Source: a virus (lineage: Duplodnaviria > Caudoviricetes). From it: a DNA stretch of 33,810 nucleotides. This document shows, piece after piece, positions 1 to 7,449 of this stretch. The notes beneath the pieces are model-generated. The model was not told where the DNA came from, did no database searches, and was given only the letters and a program-made list of their open reading frames with translations. Made by a program: the position numbers and the translations under genes. The stretch lies in the IMG/VR virus record IMGVR_UViG_3300048041_000145, positions 1 through 33,810 of that record, one strand, 5' to 3'. Each line of letters opens with the position of its first letter. Position 1 is the stretch's first letter.

Positions 1-225
1 GTGCTACAATTGGAAGATTTAGTAGATGAAACTAATAAAAGTATCGTAGAAATAGGATCAAAACCAGAAATTAAAACTTTAAATTTTGATGAATTAGAAA
101 ATAAGTTCTGGGATAATCATTATAAATTGAAGAAAATTAAGCGAACAGATCCTGAATATGATGAAATATTAGATGAAGACGATACAATAGTAGAGCAGAT
201 ACATCTCATTAATCATCAGGGATAG
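1..225 (+). CDS. Hypothetical protein, probably a 5'-truncated C-terminal fragment
   Basis: Open frame from the window edge to TAG at 223-225, followed by a T-rich tract; no recognisable motif. Confidence 0.55.
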   Translation: MLQLEDLVDETNKSIVEIGSKPEIKTLNFDELENKFWDNHYKLKKIKRTDPEYDEILDEDDTIVEQIHLINHQG

Positions 226-275
226 CTTTTTATGCTGTCCTCATCTAATTTTGAATTTAAAAAAAGTAATTTAAG

Positions 276-461
276 TTATTCTTTATTCAATTCTTGTTTT
301 ATTGGTGTAACTGTAACTGTAACACCTTTTTCACTGACATCTGCATCCCAGCGAATTTTATTACCTTTTTCTATTTTAAGTAAATTCGCTATTGCAGCTG
401 GAACAACAGTCGTTATTGATCCACCAACTAAACCCGCTTTAGTTTCATATGTCATTTTCAT
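276..461 (-). CDS. AbrB/MazE/SpoVT-like DNA-binding protein
   Basis: 61 aa with GGSITTVVPAAIANLLKIEKGNKIRW, matching the swapped-hairpin AbrB pattern; similar to 1395..1580. Confidence 0.8.
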   Translation of the reverse strand: MKMTYETKAGLVGGSITTVVPAAIANLLKIEKGNKIRWDADVSEKGVTVTVTPIKQELNKE

Positions 462-625
462 ACTCCAATCTATTTCTAAACTTCATATTTATATCTATAC
501 CTATATATATATAAATCTTTCTACTAATATTCTAATTTTACTTAATATAAAACTATATAGTATATATACTAAGACTTTCTTAATAAAGTATATAGATTTC
601 TTTATAGAAGATCTGGAGGTTAAGA

Positions 626-1384
626 ATGCAAAACGAAATAAAAATCTTTGAATTTGAAAAGCATGACGTAGAAACTGTTTTTTTAAATGGAGAACCTTTA
701 TTCAATCCTTTAGATGTTGGAAAATGTTTGGGTATGGTAGAAGGTTCTATTAGGAATTTTATTAGTAGAATGGATGAAGATGAGCGAATCAAAATACGAA
801 ATAGTTTAGATGAAAAATTAACAGGAACTATTAAAAAAGGTGATATGGGTTTATGGTTACGTGAACCTGGTTTATATCGTCTTATTTTTAAATCAACTAA
901 ACCAGAAGCTGAAAGATTTAGAAGATGGGTTACACATGAAGTTCTCCCAAGTCTCCGTAAAACAGGATCTTATGAACTTAATGAACGTGAAATTCAACTG
1001 AAAAAATTATCTGATAATTTCTGTCAGATGGTTGAAGAAAATTATGGAATTAAAGTAGCTGAATTATCTGTTTTGCAGGATGAGTCGTATAATAAGCGTT
1101 TAGCTAATCTGATAATTGACAGTTGTAGTAAGGGATTAGGTCGAATTAATAATCTTTATAATATGTTGTTTGATGCTTATTATGAAGAAACTGGTGTGGA
1201 TGTTCCTGCAATAGCTGAGGGTAGAGGGGTAGAACGTAAATATTATATTAAAACTCATCCTGTACTTGCTAAGTCTTTATTTGATTTTGCTCAGCATTAT
1301 TTCAATCAAACTGATAGGATGGTTCAAATAATTCCTTTGGATCAAAGCAGGTTAGATCTATTCCAAGGTGAAAAAGGATTATGA
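626..1384 (+). CDS. BRO-N domain protein (phage antirepressor-like)
   Basis: GEPLFNPLDVGKCLG ... EPGLYRLIFKSTKPEAERFRRWVTHEVLPSLRKTGSY is a classic Bro-N signature; GGAGGT SD upstream. Confidence 0.92.
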   Translation: MQNEIKIFEFEKHDVETVFLNGEPLFNPLDVGKCLGMVEGSIRNFISRMDEDERIKIRNSLDEKLTGTIKKGDMGLWLREPGLYRLIFKSTKPEAERFRRWVTHEVLPSLRKTGSYELNEREIQLKKLSDNFCQMVEENYGIKVAELSVLQDESYNKRLANLIIDSCSKGLGRINNLYNMLFDAYYEETGVDVPAIAEGRGVERKYYIKTHPVLAKSLFDFAQHYFNQTDRMVQIIPLDQSRLDLFQGEKGL

Positions 1385-1394
1385 AAAATAGTAA

Positions 1395-1580
1395 TTATTC
1401 TTTTTCTTGTTTAATGGGTTTAACGATTATAACCCATTCGTCTTTTATTTTATCTAATTCCCAGTTTAAAGAGTCGCCTTCTTTAAGGTCTAATTGGTTT
1501 TTTATAGAAGCGGGAAATGTGGTTCGTAAACTTAAGCCATCTCTTCCGGCTTTTGTTAATTTTGTTGTTATTCCTTTCAT
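1395..1580 (-). CDS. AbrB/MazE/SpoVT-like DNA-binding protein
   Basis: SLRTTFPASIKNQLDLKEGDSLNW is typical of archaeal AbrB-family proteins. Confidence 0.85.
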   Translation of the reverse strand: MKGITTKLTKAGRDGLSLRTTFPASIKNQLDLKEGDSLNWELDKIKDEWVIIVKPIKQEKE

Positions 1581-1613
1581 AATATTATTATATGTTATCC
1601 TGTATTTATACTT

Positions 1614-1659
1614 ATTAGTTAGTCTATTAGTTAGTAGATAAGTTTATATATTAGTTAGT
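1614..1659 (+). promoter_or_regulatory. Early-operon promoter (TATA box TTTATATA 1643-1650) overlapped by three ATTAGTTAGT direct repeats
   Basis: ATTAGTTAGT at 1614-1623, 1626-1635 and 1650-1659, in the divergent intergenic region between the AbrB-like gene and the early operon. Confidence 0.6.
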
Positions 1660-1773
1660 ACAAAGGTTTACTTGCAGAAGAGAAAAAAAGTTATCTTCAT
1701 TCTCTTTTGCCATCCCTTCCTAACTAAAATCAAGGATGGGGTGAACTTGAAAATAATTATTGGGGATGTAAAA

Positions 1774-1923
1774 ATGGCAGAAACAATATTGGAAAAATAT
1801 TTTAGGTTAGAAAAAGAGTTAGCAGCTGAAGGCGGGGAATGTACTTTTAACCTGGAGAAAGCACTTGAAAGAAATATGCTCCAAGGTCTTGTAAATGATG
1901 GTTTTGGTCAAGGGATGGCTTAA
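1774..1923 (+). CDS. Small hypothetical protein (49 aa)
   Basis: GGGGATG SD then ATG at 1774 (the track start at 1672 is probably too long); TAAATG junction to the next gene. Confidence 0.65.
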   Translation: MAETILEKYFRLEKELAAEGGECTFNLEKALERNMLQGLVNDGFGQGMA

Positions 1924-2202
1924 ATGGCAAACAAAACTGAAATAAAAAATATTTTAATGAGCGTAACTCATGAATGGTGCGGAATTGTAACCCATCCAAG
2001 CGGTGTGAGAAAAAACGCAATAGCAGCCTTACAGGAATATGATGGTGATTTAGAGCAGCTGGCATATGCTGCGTTTGATGTAACCTACCATGCTGCACGT
2101 AGAGTTATAACTCTTATGGATGTGCTAATGGCTATTGAGAATATTAAAAATCCACCCGAATATCTTTTTGAATTTCTAAGAAAACAGTCCCAGGTGGTTT
2201 AA
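1924..2202 (+). CDS. Hypothetical protein, helical
   Basis: Tightly coupled ORF in the early operon. Confidence 0.7.
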   Translation: MANKTEIKNILMSVTHEWCGIVTHPSGVRKNAIAALQEYDGDLEQLAYAAFDVTYHAARRVITLMDVLMAIENIKNPPEYLFEFLRKQSQVV

Positions 2203-2203
2203 G

Positions 2204-2446
2204 ATGAGAAAAATCTTTGTTGTTGTTATGCCTTGGAATACAAATGATATAACAATGAAACCCGTAGAATCCTTTAATACATTAAAAGAAGCCGAATCTT
2301 ATGTAGATGTTATTAATGGATGGGAAATAATCGAAGTAGAAGTTCCTAAAGAAAAGAAATTATGTGGATGTGGAGAACGAGCTACAACCACTTCTCATGG
2401 ATTCCCTATTTGCGAAACCTGTAAAGATGGATTAAGGAGTTGTTAA
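2204..2446 (+). CDS. Hypothetical protein with C-terminal Zn finger (CxC...CxxC)
   Basis: CGCGERATT...PICETC; AGGTGG SD. Confidence 0.7.
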   Translation: MRKIFVVVMPWNTNDITMKPVESFNTLKEAESYVDVINGWEIIEVEVPKEKKLCGCGERATTTSHGFPICETCKDGLRSC

Positions 2447-2447
2447 A

Positions 2448-2660
2448 ATGGTTCGCAAAGAAGATTGTACACATATAGACCAAGCCATGAAAGCCTATGC
2501 AGAAAAACATGGATTTAAAGGAATTAAAATCGATTATGAACATACTAAAATCACAGAATATGATGGAGTGATTCATTTCACACATGAAGTCAGTATTCCT
2601 GAGAAATCCAAAAATGATGATGCATTTGAAGAATTTGAAAAAGTGTTAGCGAGGAATTAA
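2448..2660 (+). CDS. Hypothetical protein
   Basis: AGGAG SD; 1-nt spacing from the previous stop. Confidence 0.7.
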   Translation: MVRKEDCTHIDQAMKAYAEKHGFKGIKIDYEHTKITEYDGVIHFTHEVSIPEKSKNDDAFEEFEKVLARN

Positions 2661-2662
2661 AA

Positions 2663-2863
2663 ATGCAATTCTATACCGAACAATCTAGACTTCCAGCTGG
2701 TGTAAAGAATGGTTTATTACTTGTTTTGAATCAGTGGAGGCATACCTGTGATGACGGTCAGATCATGGAGGATCTGGAGAACATTATCTGTGATAATTTG
2801 GATGAAATTGCAGAAGCCAACGGAAAACGGGTTTTAGATGAAGATGAAGTGGGAGAGATTTAA
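2663..2863 (+). CDS. Hypothetical acidic protein
   Basis: GAGGA SD; operon context. Confidence 0.7.
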   Translation: MQFYTEQSRLPAGVKNGLLLVLNQWRHTCDDGQIMEDLENIICDNLDEIAEANGKRVLDEDEVGEI

Positions 2864-2864
2864 G

Positions 2865-2990
2865 ATGTTTTGCAGTACTAAAAAACTCTTAGATGCAGCT
2901 GGTAAATATTTCTTCCAAAAAGCATTAGAACAGGAAGGAATCACCATCGGTCCTCACTGGAAAAAAGGAAATAGGAGTTATAATAGGTAG
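2865..2990 (+). CDS. Small hypothetical protein (41 aa, not in ORF track)
   Basis: ATG 2865 to TAG 2990 (MFCSTKKLLDAAGKYFFQKALEQEGITIGPHWKKGNRSYNR) fills the operon gap; GGGAG SD. Confidence 0.55.
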   Translation: MFCSTKKLLDAAGKYFFQKALEQEGITIGPHWKKGNRSYNR

Positions 2991-3000
2991 GTGATTTCTG

Positions 3001-3249
3001 ATGATAAAAAAAGGAATTAACAGAGTTACCATTAGCATTCCTGAGAAGTTAGATCTGAAATTCAGACAAAAAGCATGCACCAAATTCAAGTTTAAAAGAG
3101 GATGGTATGGTTTAGCATTTATGGAAGGGATGAGGCTTTGGTTGAACAAAGAAATCCAATTAAAGCAAATAAAAGAATCTAAACGGGATTTCAGTCTTTT
3201 AAGCAGCATTCCATTAACTAATGAAAATGAAATTGAACAGGTGATTTAA
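3001..3249 (+). CDS. Ribbon-helix-helix DNA-binding protein
   Basis: RVTISIPEKLDLKFRQ...AFMEGMRLWL fits the RHH strand-helix-helix pattern; AGGTGAT SD. Confidence 0.7.
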   Translation: MIKKGINRVTISIPEKLDLKFRQKACTKFKFKRGWYGLAFMEGMRLWLNKEIQLKQIKESKRDFSLLSSIPLTNENEIEQVI

Positions 3250-3444
3250 ATGATGGATCATATTGCAGAAGAAGAAGCCAGTAACATGGCAGCATGCATT
3301 CATACCATGCATGAATGTGGAATAAACCAGGATGAACCGGATAAAGACTGCGAGCTTATGGAATGCCGGTTTGTTTGTCCATTAATAACACTTGAAAAGA
3401 AAAAAGAAAGAGCTTTAAAAAAACTTATGGATTTGGGATTATGA
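3250..3444 (+). CDS. Cys-rich hypothetical protein
   Basis: Five Cys; AGGTGAT SD; TAAATG coupling. Confidence 0.65.
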   Translation: MMDHIAEEEASNMAACIHTMHECGINQDEPDKDCELMECRFVCPLITLEKKKERALKKLMDLGL

Positions 3445-3629
3445 GCCTTAAAACACGAAGACGAGCAGATTTACTCAGACCACACCGGAAGGATGTCTAT
3501 GAACAGACTTATGATTACCTTACAGCCAGACCTGCTATAATCATTTTAGCATTATTAATTGTTATGTGGGCTGCGATCATAATCTGGAGCTTTGAATTAA
3601 TGACACTCGCAAGTATTGGAGGTGGTTAA
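3441..3629 (+). CDS. Small membrane protein (1 TM)
   Basis: Basic N-terminus plus hydrophobic AIIILALLIVMWAAIIIW; ATGA overlap with the previous gene. Confidence 0.65.
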   Translation: MSLKTRRRADLLRPHRKDVYEQTYDYLTARPAIIILALLIVMWAAIIIWSFELMTLASIGGG

Positions 3630-3631
3630 GG

Positions 3632-3829
3632 ATGGAATGTCCTGTATGTGAAAATCAAATGAGAGAACACATCTCACATTTTAAATGTATTAAATGTGGA
3701 ACTGTGATGAATAAAACCCACCGTAAAGCCGATTTACGGAAACAAGTCGAATCTGAAATAATAGACCCGTTCTTTATATTACAACGGTTATGGAAGTTTG
3801 TATTTCTGAAAATTGCAGGGGAAATTTAA
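3632..3829 (+). CDS. Zn-ribbon protein
   Basis: CPVC...CIKCG; GGAGGTGG SD. Confidence 0.7.
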   Translation: MECPVCENQMREHISHFKCIKCGTVMNKTHRKADLRKQVESEIIDPFFILQRLWKFVFLKIAGEI

Positions 3830-3844
3830 AAATTATTTATCTTT

Positions 3845-3916
3845 TGCTGGGTAGTTAGGATTTCATAATTTAACCCCCCCGTTAATATCCTTTGTCTTTT
3901 ACGAGACTACCCAGCA
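3845..3916 (+). ncRNA. Putative small structured RNA with a C-rich loop
   Basis: Perfect 11-bp closing stem TGCTGGGTAGT (3845-3855)/ACTACCCAGCA (3906-3916); inner stems AGGAT/ATCCT and TTAAC/GTTAA with a C6 loop. Confidence 0.5.
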
Positions 3917-3918
3917 TC

Positions 3919-3947
3919 TCAACCTTTTTTAAAAGGTTGATCAAAAA
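3919..3947. repeat. Dispersed REP-like palindrome, copy 1
   Basis: TCAACCTTTT-TT-AAAAGGTTGA followed by TCAAAAA; related copies at 7204, 9465, 10068 and 11801. Confidence 0.7.
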
Positions 3948-4044
3948 GGGCGTTTGGTTCAATCCGGTAGAGCTAATAGGAGTCACTGGCTTTCTAGAGG
4001 TTATACTTCTAATTGAGATGGAGGTTCAAATCCTCCAACGTCCA
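3948..4044 (+). tRNA. tRNA-like RNA with elongated anticodon arm (pseudo-tRNA or intron-containing; identity undetermined)
   Basis: Acceptor GGGCGTT/AACGTCC plus discriminator A; D arm GTTC-AATCCGGTA-GAGC; T arm GGAGG-TTCAAAT-CCTCC; anticodon region about 23 nt longer than canonical. Confidence 0.6.
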
Positions 4045-4050
4045 TCTTTA

Positions 4051-4123
4051 GGGAGTGAAGTATCAATGGTGATACCCCCGGCTCCAGACCGGGAAGAGGC
4101 GGGTTCGATTCCCGTGGTTCCCA
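4051..4123 (+). tRNA. trnW: tRNA-Trp(CCA), intronless
   Basis: Acceptor GGGAGTG/GGTTCCC (one G-G mismatch); D stem GTAT/ATAC; anticodon arm CCCGG-CTCCAGA-CCGGG; T arm GCGGG-TTCGATT-CCCGT. Confidence 0.85.
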
Positions 4124-4357
4124 CTCATAAATTAAAATAAAATTGAGTTGAATTAATCATGAAAACAAATAATTTGCAAGGATTTTGTGTGTGTGCAAGT
4201 GATCTAATCAGATATGTTTCAATGCGTTCAAAAAATAGTTATCAATTATTAATTTTTATATTTTATTTTAATAAAAATATTATAAAAAATTTTATACTGA
4301 TATTTTATTATTTATCATTATATTTAAATGTTACTATTAAAAAATTATTTTCTCTAT

Positions 4358-4440
4358 TGCAAAAAGATGGTCCCCAAGATGGTCCCCATCTTACACAAAA
4401 AAAGGGAGATGGTCCCCATGTTGGTCCCCATCTTTTTGCA
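4358..4440. repeat. Iteron-like repeat element (candidate origin or operator)
   Basis: TGGTCCCCA x4 (4368, 4380, 4410, 4422) enclosed by a perfect 13-bp inverted repeat TGCAAAAAGATGG/CCATCTTTTTGCA; a very AT-rich tract (about 4229-4357) lies next to it. Confidence 0.75.
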
Positions 4441-4451
4441 GGTGATTCAAT

Positions 4452-4928
4452 TTGAGTATAAGACCAAGGGTTAGATTTTCAGATCCTAATATTTGGAATG
4501 ATTTTTTAGCCTTTGTTAAGGACAAATATGGGACAAATTATCGTTATACTGGAGAAGAACTTCAAAATATAATTTATAAGTATTTAGCTGAAAATAAGTG
4601 GAAGAATTATTCTCCAGATGATCAGAATTCTAAGGGTACCAATGATCAGGATCATAGTACACACACAAAATATCGTCCTAGAAAATTAAGTTTCATGAAA
4701 GCATTTTTCTTTGAATTTAAATATGATCCTCATATACTCAATGATGTTTTAATAGAATATATAGAAAAGGAATTAGGTATAAGTGATAATAGAGCCGTTA
4801 ATGGTTGGATAAGGTTTTTAAAAAGTTTAGGATGGATTACAGAAGTGTCTTATGATGATTCAACAGCATGGGAAATAAATTTACCAGAAACTAAGATTAG
4901 GAAGATGTTAGGATTAGTTAAAGGGTGA
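4452..4928 (+). CDS. DNA-binding protein: N-terminal RHH-like plus C-terminal winged helix
   Basis: RVRFSDPNIWNDFLAFVKDKYG...GEELQNIIYKYL (archaeal RHH) and IEKELGISDNRAVNGWIRFLKSLGWITE (wHTH); AGGTGAT SD, TTG start. Confidence 0.7.
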   Translation: MSIRPRVRFSDPNIWNDFLAFVKDKYGTNYRYTGEELQNIIYKYLAENKWKNYSPDDQNSKGTNDQDHSTHTKYRPRKLSFMKAFFFEFKYDPHILNDVLIEYIEKELGISDNRAVNGWIRFLKSLGWITEVSYDDSTAWEINLPETKIRKMLGLVKG

Positions 4929-4933
4929 TATAA

Positions 4934-5239
4934 ATGAATGAAGGAAAATTGGGTAAACCAATATTAAAGCCATGTCCTCAATGTGAAAATGATGTTATAA
5001 CTCAATGGTACTGGACTTATGAAGAGATTGAAATTGAAAGAGTTTTAAAGGCTGTTGAATGTAGTCATGAAGTTGAACCAATTCATTTAGGTTTTGAGAA
5101 TTATTTAACCTGGAAGAATGATCCTGATAATTTTTATCCCCAACCTTTAAAAAAGGTTGGATCCAAAGAAAAAGATTTCACAAATATTATTCCTGAAAGT
5201 AGGAAGGTTTCACATTCATCGGTTGATGAAAAAACATAG
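4934..5239 (+). CDS. Hypothetical protein with Zn-binding motif (CPQC...CSH)
   Basis: GGGTGAT SD; CxxC/CxH. Confidence 0.65.
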   Translation: MNEGKLGKPILKPCPQCENDVITQWYWTYEEIEIERVLKAVECSHEVEPIHLGFENYLTWKNDPDNFYPQPLKKVGSKEKDFTNIIPESRKVSHSSVDEKT

Positions 5240-5254
5240 TATAGGTGATAAAAA

Positions 5255-5893
5255 ATGGTTGAAACAAAAGAAGAAAAAAAGATTTGGGTTAAAATGCCTA
5301 ATAAGTCAGGTGTTTGGAAGGCTGAAAAGAAAGGTGATGAAATTACAGGTAAATATTTAAAAAAATTACCAGCACCATTCATGAACCGACCTAATTTTAA
5401 ATATTGCTTAGAATCGGATCATCCCTTAAATGTGGGTGGAAAAGTCTTAATATATGGAACTACTGGTTTAAACAATGCTATGGAAGATGTGCCTATTGGT
5501 TATAAGGTTCGCATCGTGTATCAAGGTGATTCTAAAAAATCGGATCCTAATAAAAAACCATTCCAAAATTATGATGTTTATGTGTTGATGTCCAAGGAGG
5601 ATAAATTATATCAGAAAATTTTAGATGAAAATAGAGATCCACAAACTCAAAATAATGGAGTTCAAATGAAAACAGGTGAAGATAGAGAAGCCAAAAATAT
5701 GATTGATCATTTTATTGAGGTCTTAAAAGATAAGCATGTCACTATTAATTGTGAGGAAGTTATAAAAGAAGCTGAGAAGGATGAGGATCTTAAGAAAAAA
5801 CCCGAGACTTTGACTAGGATTAAAGTAGAACTTTTAAGAATGTATAAGGCTGGTGAAATATTACAAGCAGTCAAAGTTGGTGTCGGAGGATAA
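5255..5893 (+). CDS. Putative OB-fold ssDNA-binding protein
   Basis: WKAEKKGDEITGKY...VLIYGTTGLNNAMEDVPIGYKVRIVYQG...FQNYDV resembles viral OB-fold SSB-like proteins; function inferred. Confidence 0.55.
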   Translation: MVETKEEKKIWVKMPNKSGVWKAEKKGDEITGKYLKKLPAPFMNRPNFKYCLESDHPLNVGGKVLIYGTTGLNNAMEDVPIGYKVRIVYQGDSKKSDPNKKPFQNYDVYVLMSKEDKLYQKILDENRDPQTQNNGVQMKTGEDREAKNMIDHFIEVLKDKHVTINCEEVIKEAEKDEDLKKKPETLTRIKVELLRMYKAGEILQAVKVGVGG

Positions 5894-5931
5894 ATAAATT
5901 TAATTACTTTATTATTTTTTTGGAGAACTAA

Positions 5932-6165
5932 ATGGATCGTATTTTGAAAGCTCAGGAAATCATTGATAATGATAGAATTGAACTTCTTTTAAAGAATGAA
6001 GAGGTAATTCAGTTTTATGTTATCGGTAAATTTGGTGATTACCTGGTGACTTGTAACAAGTGGGGTTCCTGGTGGTGTAGTTGTAAAGATCATGAGCATC
6101 ATCATGCTACATGTAAGCATATTATAGCTGCTATTTTGAAGGTTAAAAGTGAAGTGGTGGGTTAA
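5932..6165 (+). CDS. SWIM zinc finger protein
   Basis: YLVT...WWCSCKD...TCKHIIAA = SWIM CxC..CxH motif. Confidence 0.85.
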   Translation: MDRILKAQEIIDNDRIELLLKNEEVIQFYVIGKFGDYLVTCNKWGSWWCSCKDHEHHHATCKHIIAAILKVKSEVVG

Positions 6166-6546
6166 ATGCAGAAATACGATTCACTTAAGATTGAATGTGA
6201 TAATTGCGATTTTGTTTTAGAAACACCAGATATTCATGATAAATTTAAACTAGGTCCTATCGATGTTTTATGTGATAAATGTGATGGAAACCTGGTAATC
6301 ACGAACATCACAACACATATTTACAGTGAATATGAATTAGTTCAATGTATGATATGTAAAACTCAAGAGATAGTTCATACAAATGTCATAGGTTCAAATA
6401 GGAGTTGGATATGTCCTAATTGTGGAGATGATGGTGGTAGTTTTAGTATGCTTCAAGAAATTTTTTATCATAAGGATAGATGCACAAATCTAAAAAAATT
6501 ATTCCAGGAAAATCAAAGTTCCTTGGATATTTTCATGGTGGGTTAA
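6166..6546 (+). CDS. Double Zn-ribbon protein
   Basis: Four CxxC pairs. Confidence 0.75.
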   Translation: MQKYDSLKIECDNCDFVLETPDIHDKFKLGPIDVLCDKCDGNLVITNITTHIYSEYELVQCMICKTQEIVHTNVIGSNRSWICPNCGDDGGSFSMLQEIFYHKDRCTNLKKLFQENQSSLDIFMVG

Positions 6547-6789
6547 ATGGTTAAATCTAAAATTGGATTGGAAGTTGATGAAATCTTTAGAAAAAATGAT
6601 AATAGAGATGATCTCGAAGAAAGGCTCAAATTGAGAGGATGGGAATTATATCTCTACCCCAAATATAAAACTCGTAGTCGATGGAATGATGACTTAGAAT
6701 TCTATTATTATAAAGATTATCTCTTGATTATTGATTTTATAAATTGTAATTATGAATTATACAAATTAGAGGATAAAGGGGATTTATAA
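6547..6789 (+). CDS. Hypothetical protein
   Basis: TAAATG-coupled ORF. Confidence 0.7.
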   Translation: MVKSKIGLEVDEIFRKNDNRDDLEERLKLRGWELYLYPKYKTRSRWNDDLEFYYYKDYLLIIDFINCNYELYKLEDKGDL

Positions 6790-7067
6790 TGACTAATATC
6801 ATGGATCGTGGTGATAAACACCTAAGAATCCGGAAAAGAAAAGGTGAGGATGAGATTTATTATATCCTCTGCTTAGAAGAGAAGGATTATGCTGAATTTA
6901 TTGATGATTGTTTGATTATTTACATGGACGCAAGTGAGGATAAGATTTTAGAACATTTTAAAGAGTTAGGATTTGATATAAGAATGAAAAAACAAGAATC
7001 TGAAATAAAAGAAGGTATAGAAGAATCTAAAAAGGATTTAAAAGAAGTTCAAAGTATCATAGCTTGA
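6789..7067 (+). CDS. Hypothetical protein
   Basis: TAATG overlap; AGGGGA SD. Confidence 0.7.
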   Translation: MTNIMDRGDKHLRIRKRKGEDEIYYILCLEEKDYAEFIDDCLIIYMDASEDKILEHFKELGFDIRMKKQESEIKEGIEESKKDLKEVQSIIA

Positions 7068-7078
7068 GTTGAGAAATT

Positions 7079-7240
7079 TTGATAGGTTTCTGTGGTAACT
7101 GTGGACAATATACAAAATTATTCCACATTATTAAATTAACTGAAAGGGGAGCTTTTAAGAAATTCGTATGTAGAATCTGTTTAAAACGGATAATGGAGTA
7201 TAACAACCTTTTTGAAAAAAAGGTTGATCAAAAAACTTGA
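7079..7240 (+). CDS. Small Zn-finger protein (53 aa, not in ORF track)
   Basis: TTG 7079 to TGA 7240: MIGFCGNCGQYTKLF...FVCRICLKR; fills the operon gap. Confidence 0.6.
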   Translation: MIGFCGNCGQYTKLFHIIKLTERGAFKKFVCRICLKRIMEYNNLFEKKVDQKT

Positions 7241-7251
7241 GGTGATTGGTG

Positions 7252-7449
7252 ATGGATAGTTCTAGAGAAAATATAGTAGAATATGATGATGAGGGTAAGG
7301 TAATTGATCAACACAATATAAAAGATTTTAATCAAAGAATGAGTACTCCTAAACCTATTGGTGGTTGTAGAACTAAAAATGAATTAAAACAGTATTTAAA
7401 GGATGTAAAAGAAGCTAAAAAAGAGTTAGTGGTTGAAAAGGTGGAATAA
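7252..7449 (+). CDS. Hypothetical protein
   Basis: GAGGTGA SD favours ATG 7252 over TTG 7246. Confidence 0.65.
   Translation: MDSSRENIVEYDDEGKVIDQHNIKDFNQRMSTPKPIGGCRTKNELKQYLKDVKEAKKELVVEKVE

Noticed and set aside
232-1641. Track ORFs 232..651, 580..792 and 1381..1641
   Set aside because: Shadows of the AbrB-like and BRO-N genes and of promoter DNA.
3992-3998. Amber (TAG) recoding of the genome suggested by the CUA loop
   Set aside because: Structural genes are intact in the standard code, and TAG is used as a normal stop (e.g. 225, 2990, 5239, 8902, 10012).
4051-4123. tRNA-Trp as a provirus att junction
   Set aside because: Viral-type genes continue on both sides, and no integrase or duplicated tRNA 3' end is seen in the window.
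4365-4434. CRISPR mini-array
   Set aside because: Repeats are 9-28 bp with gaps of 3-21 bp; there are no spacer-length unique sequences and no cas genes.
3892-4455. Track ORFs 3892..4140 and 4159..4455
   Set aside because: They overlap the tRNA genes, AT-rich tract and repeat element, lack an SD, and have low-complexity translations.
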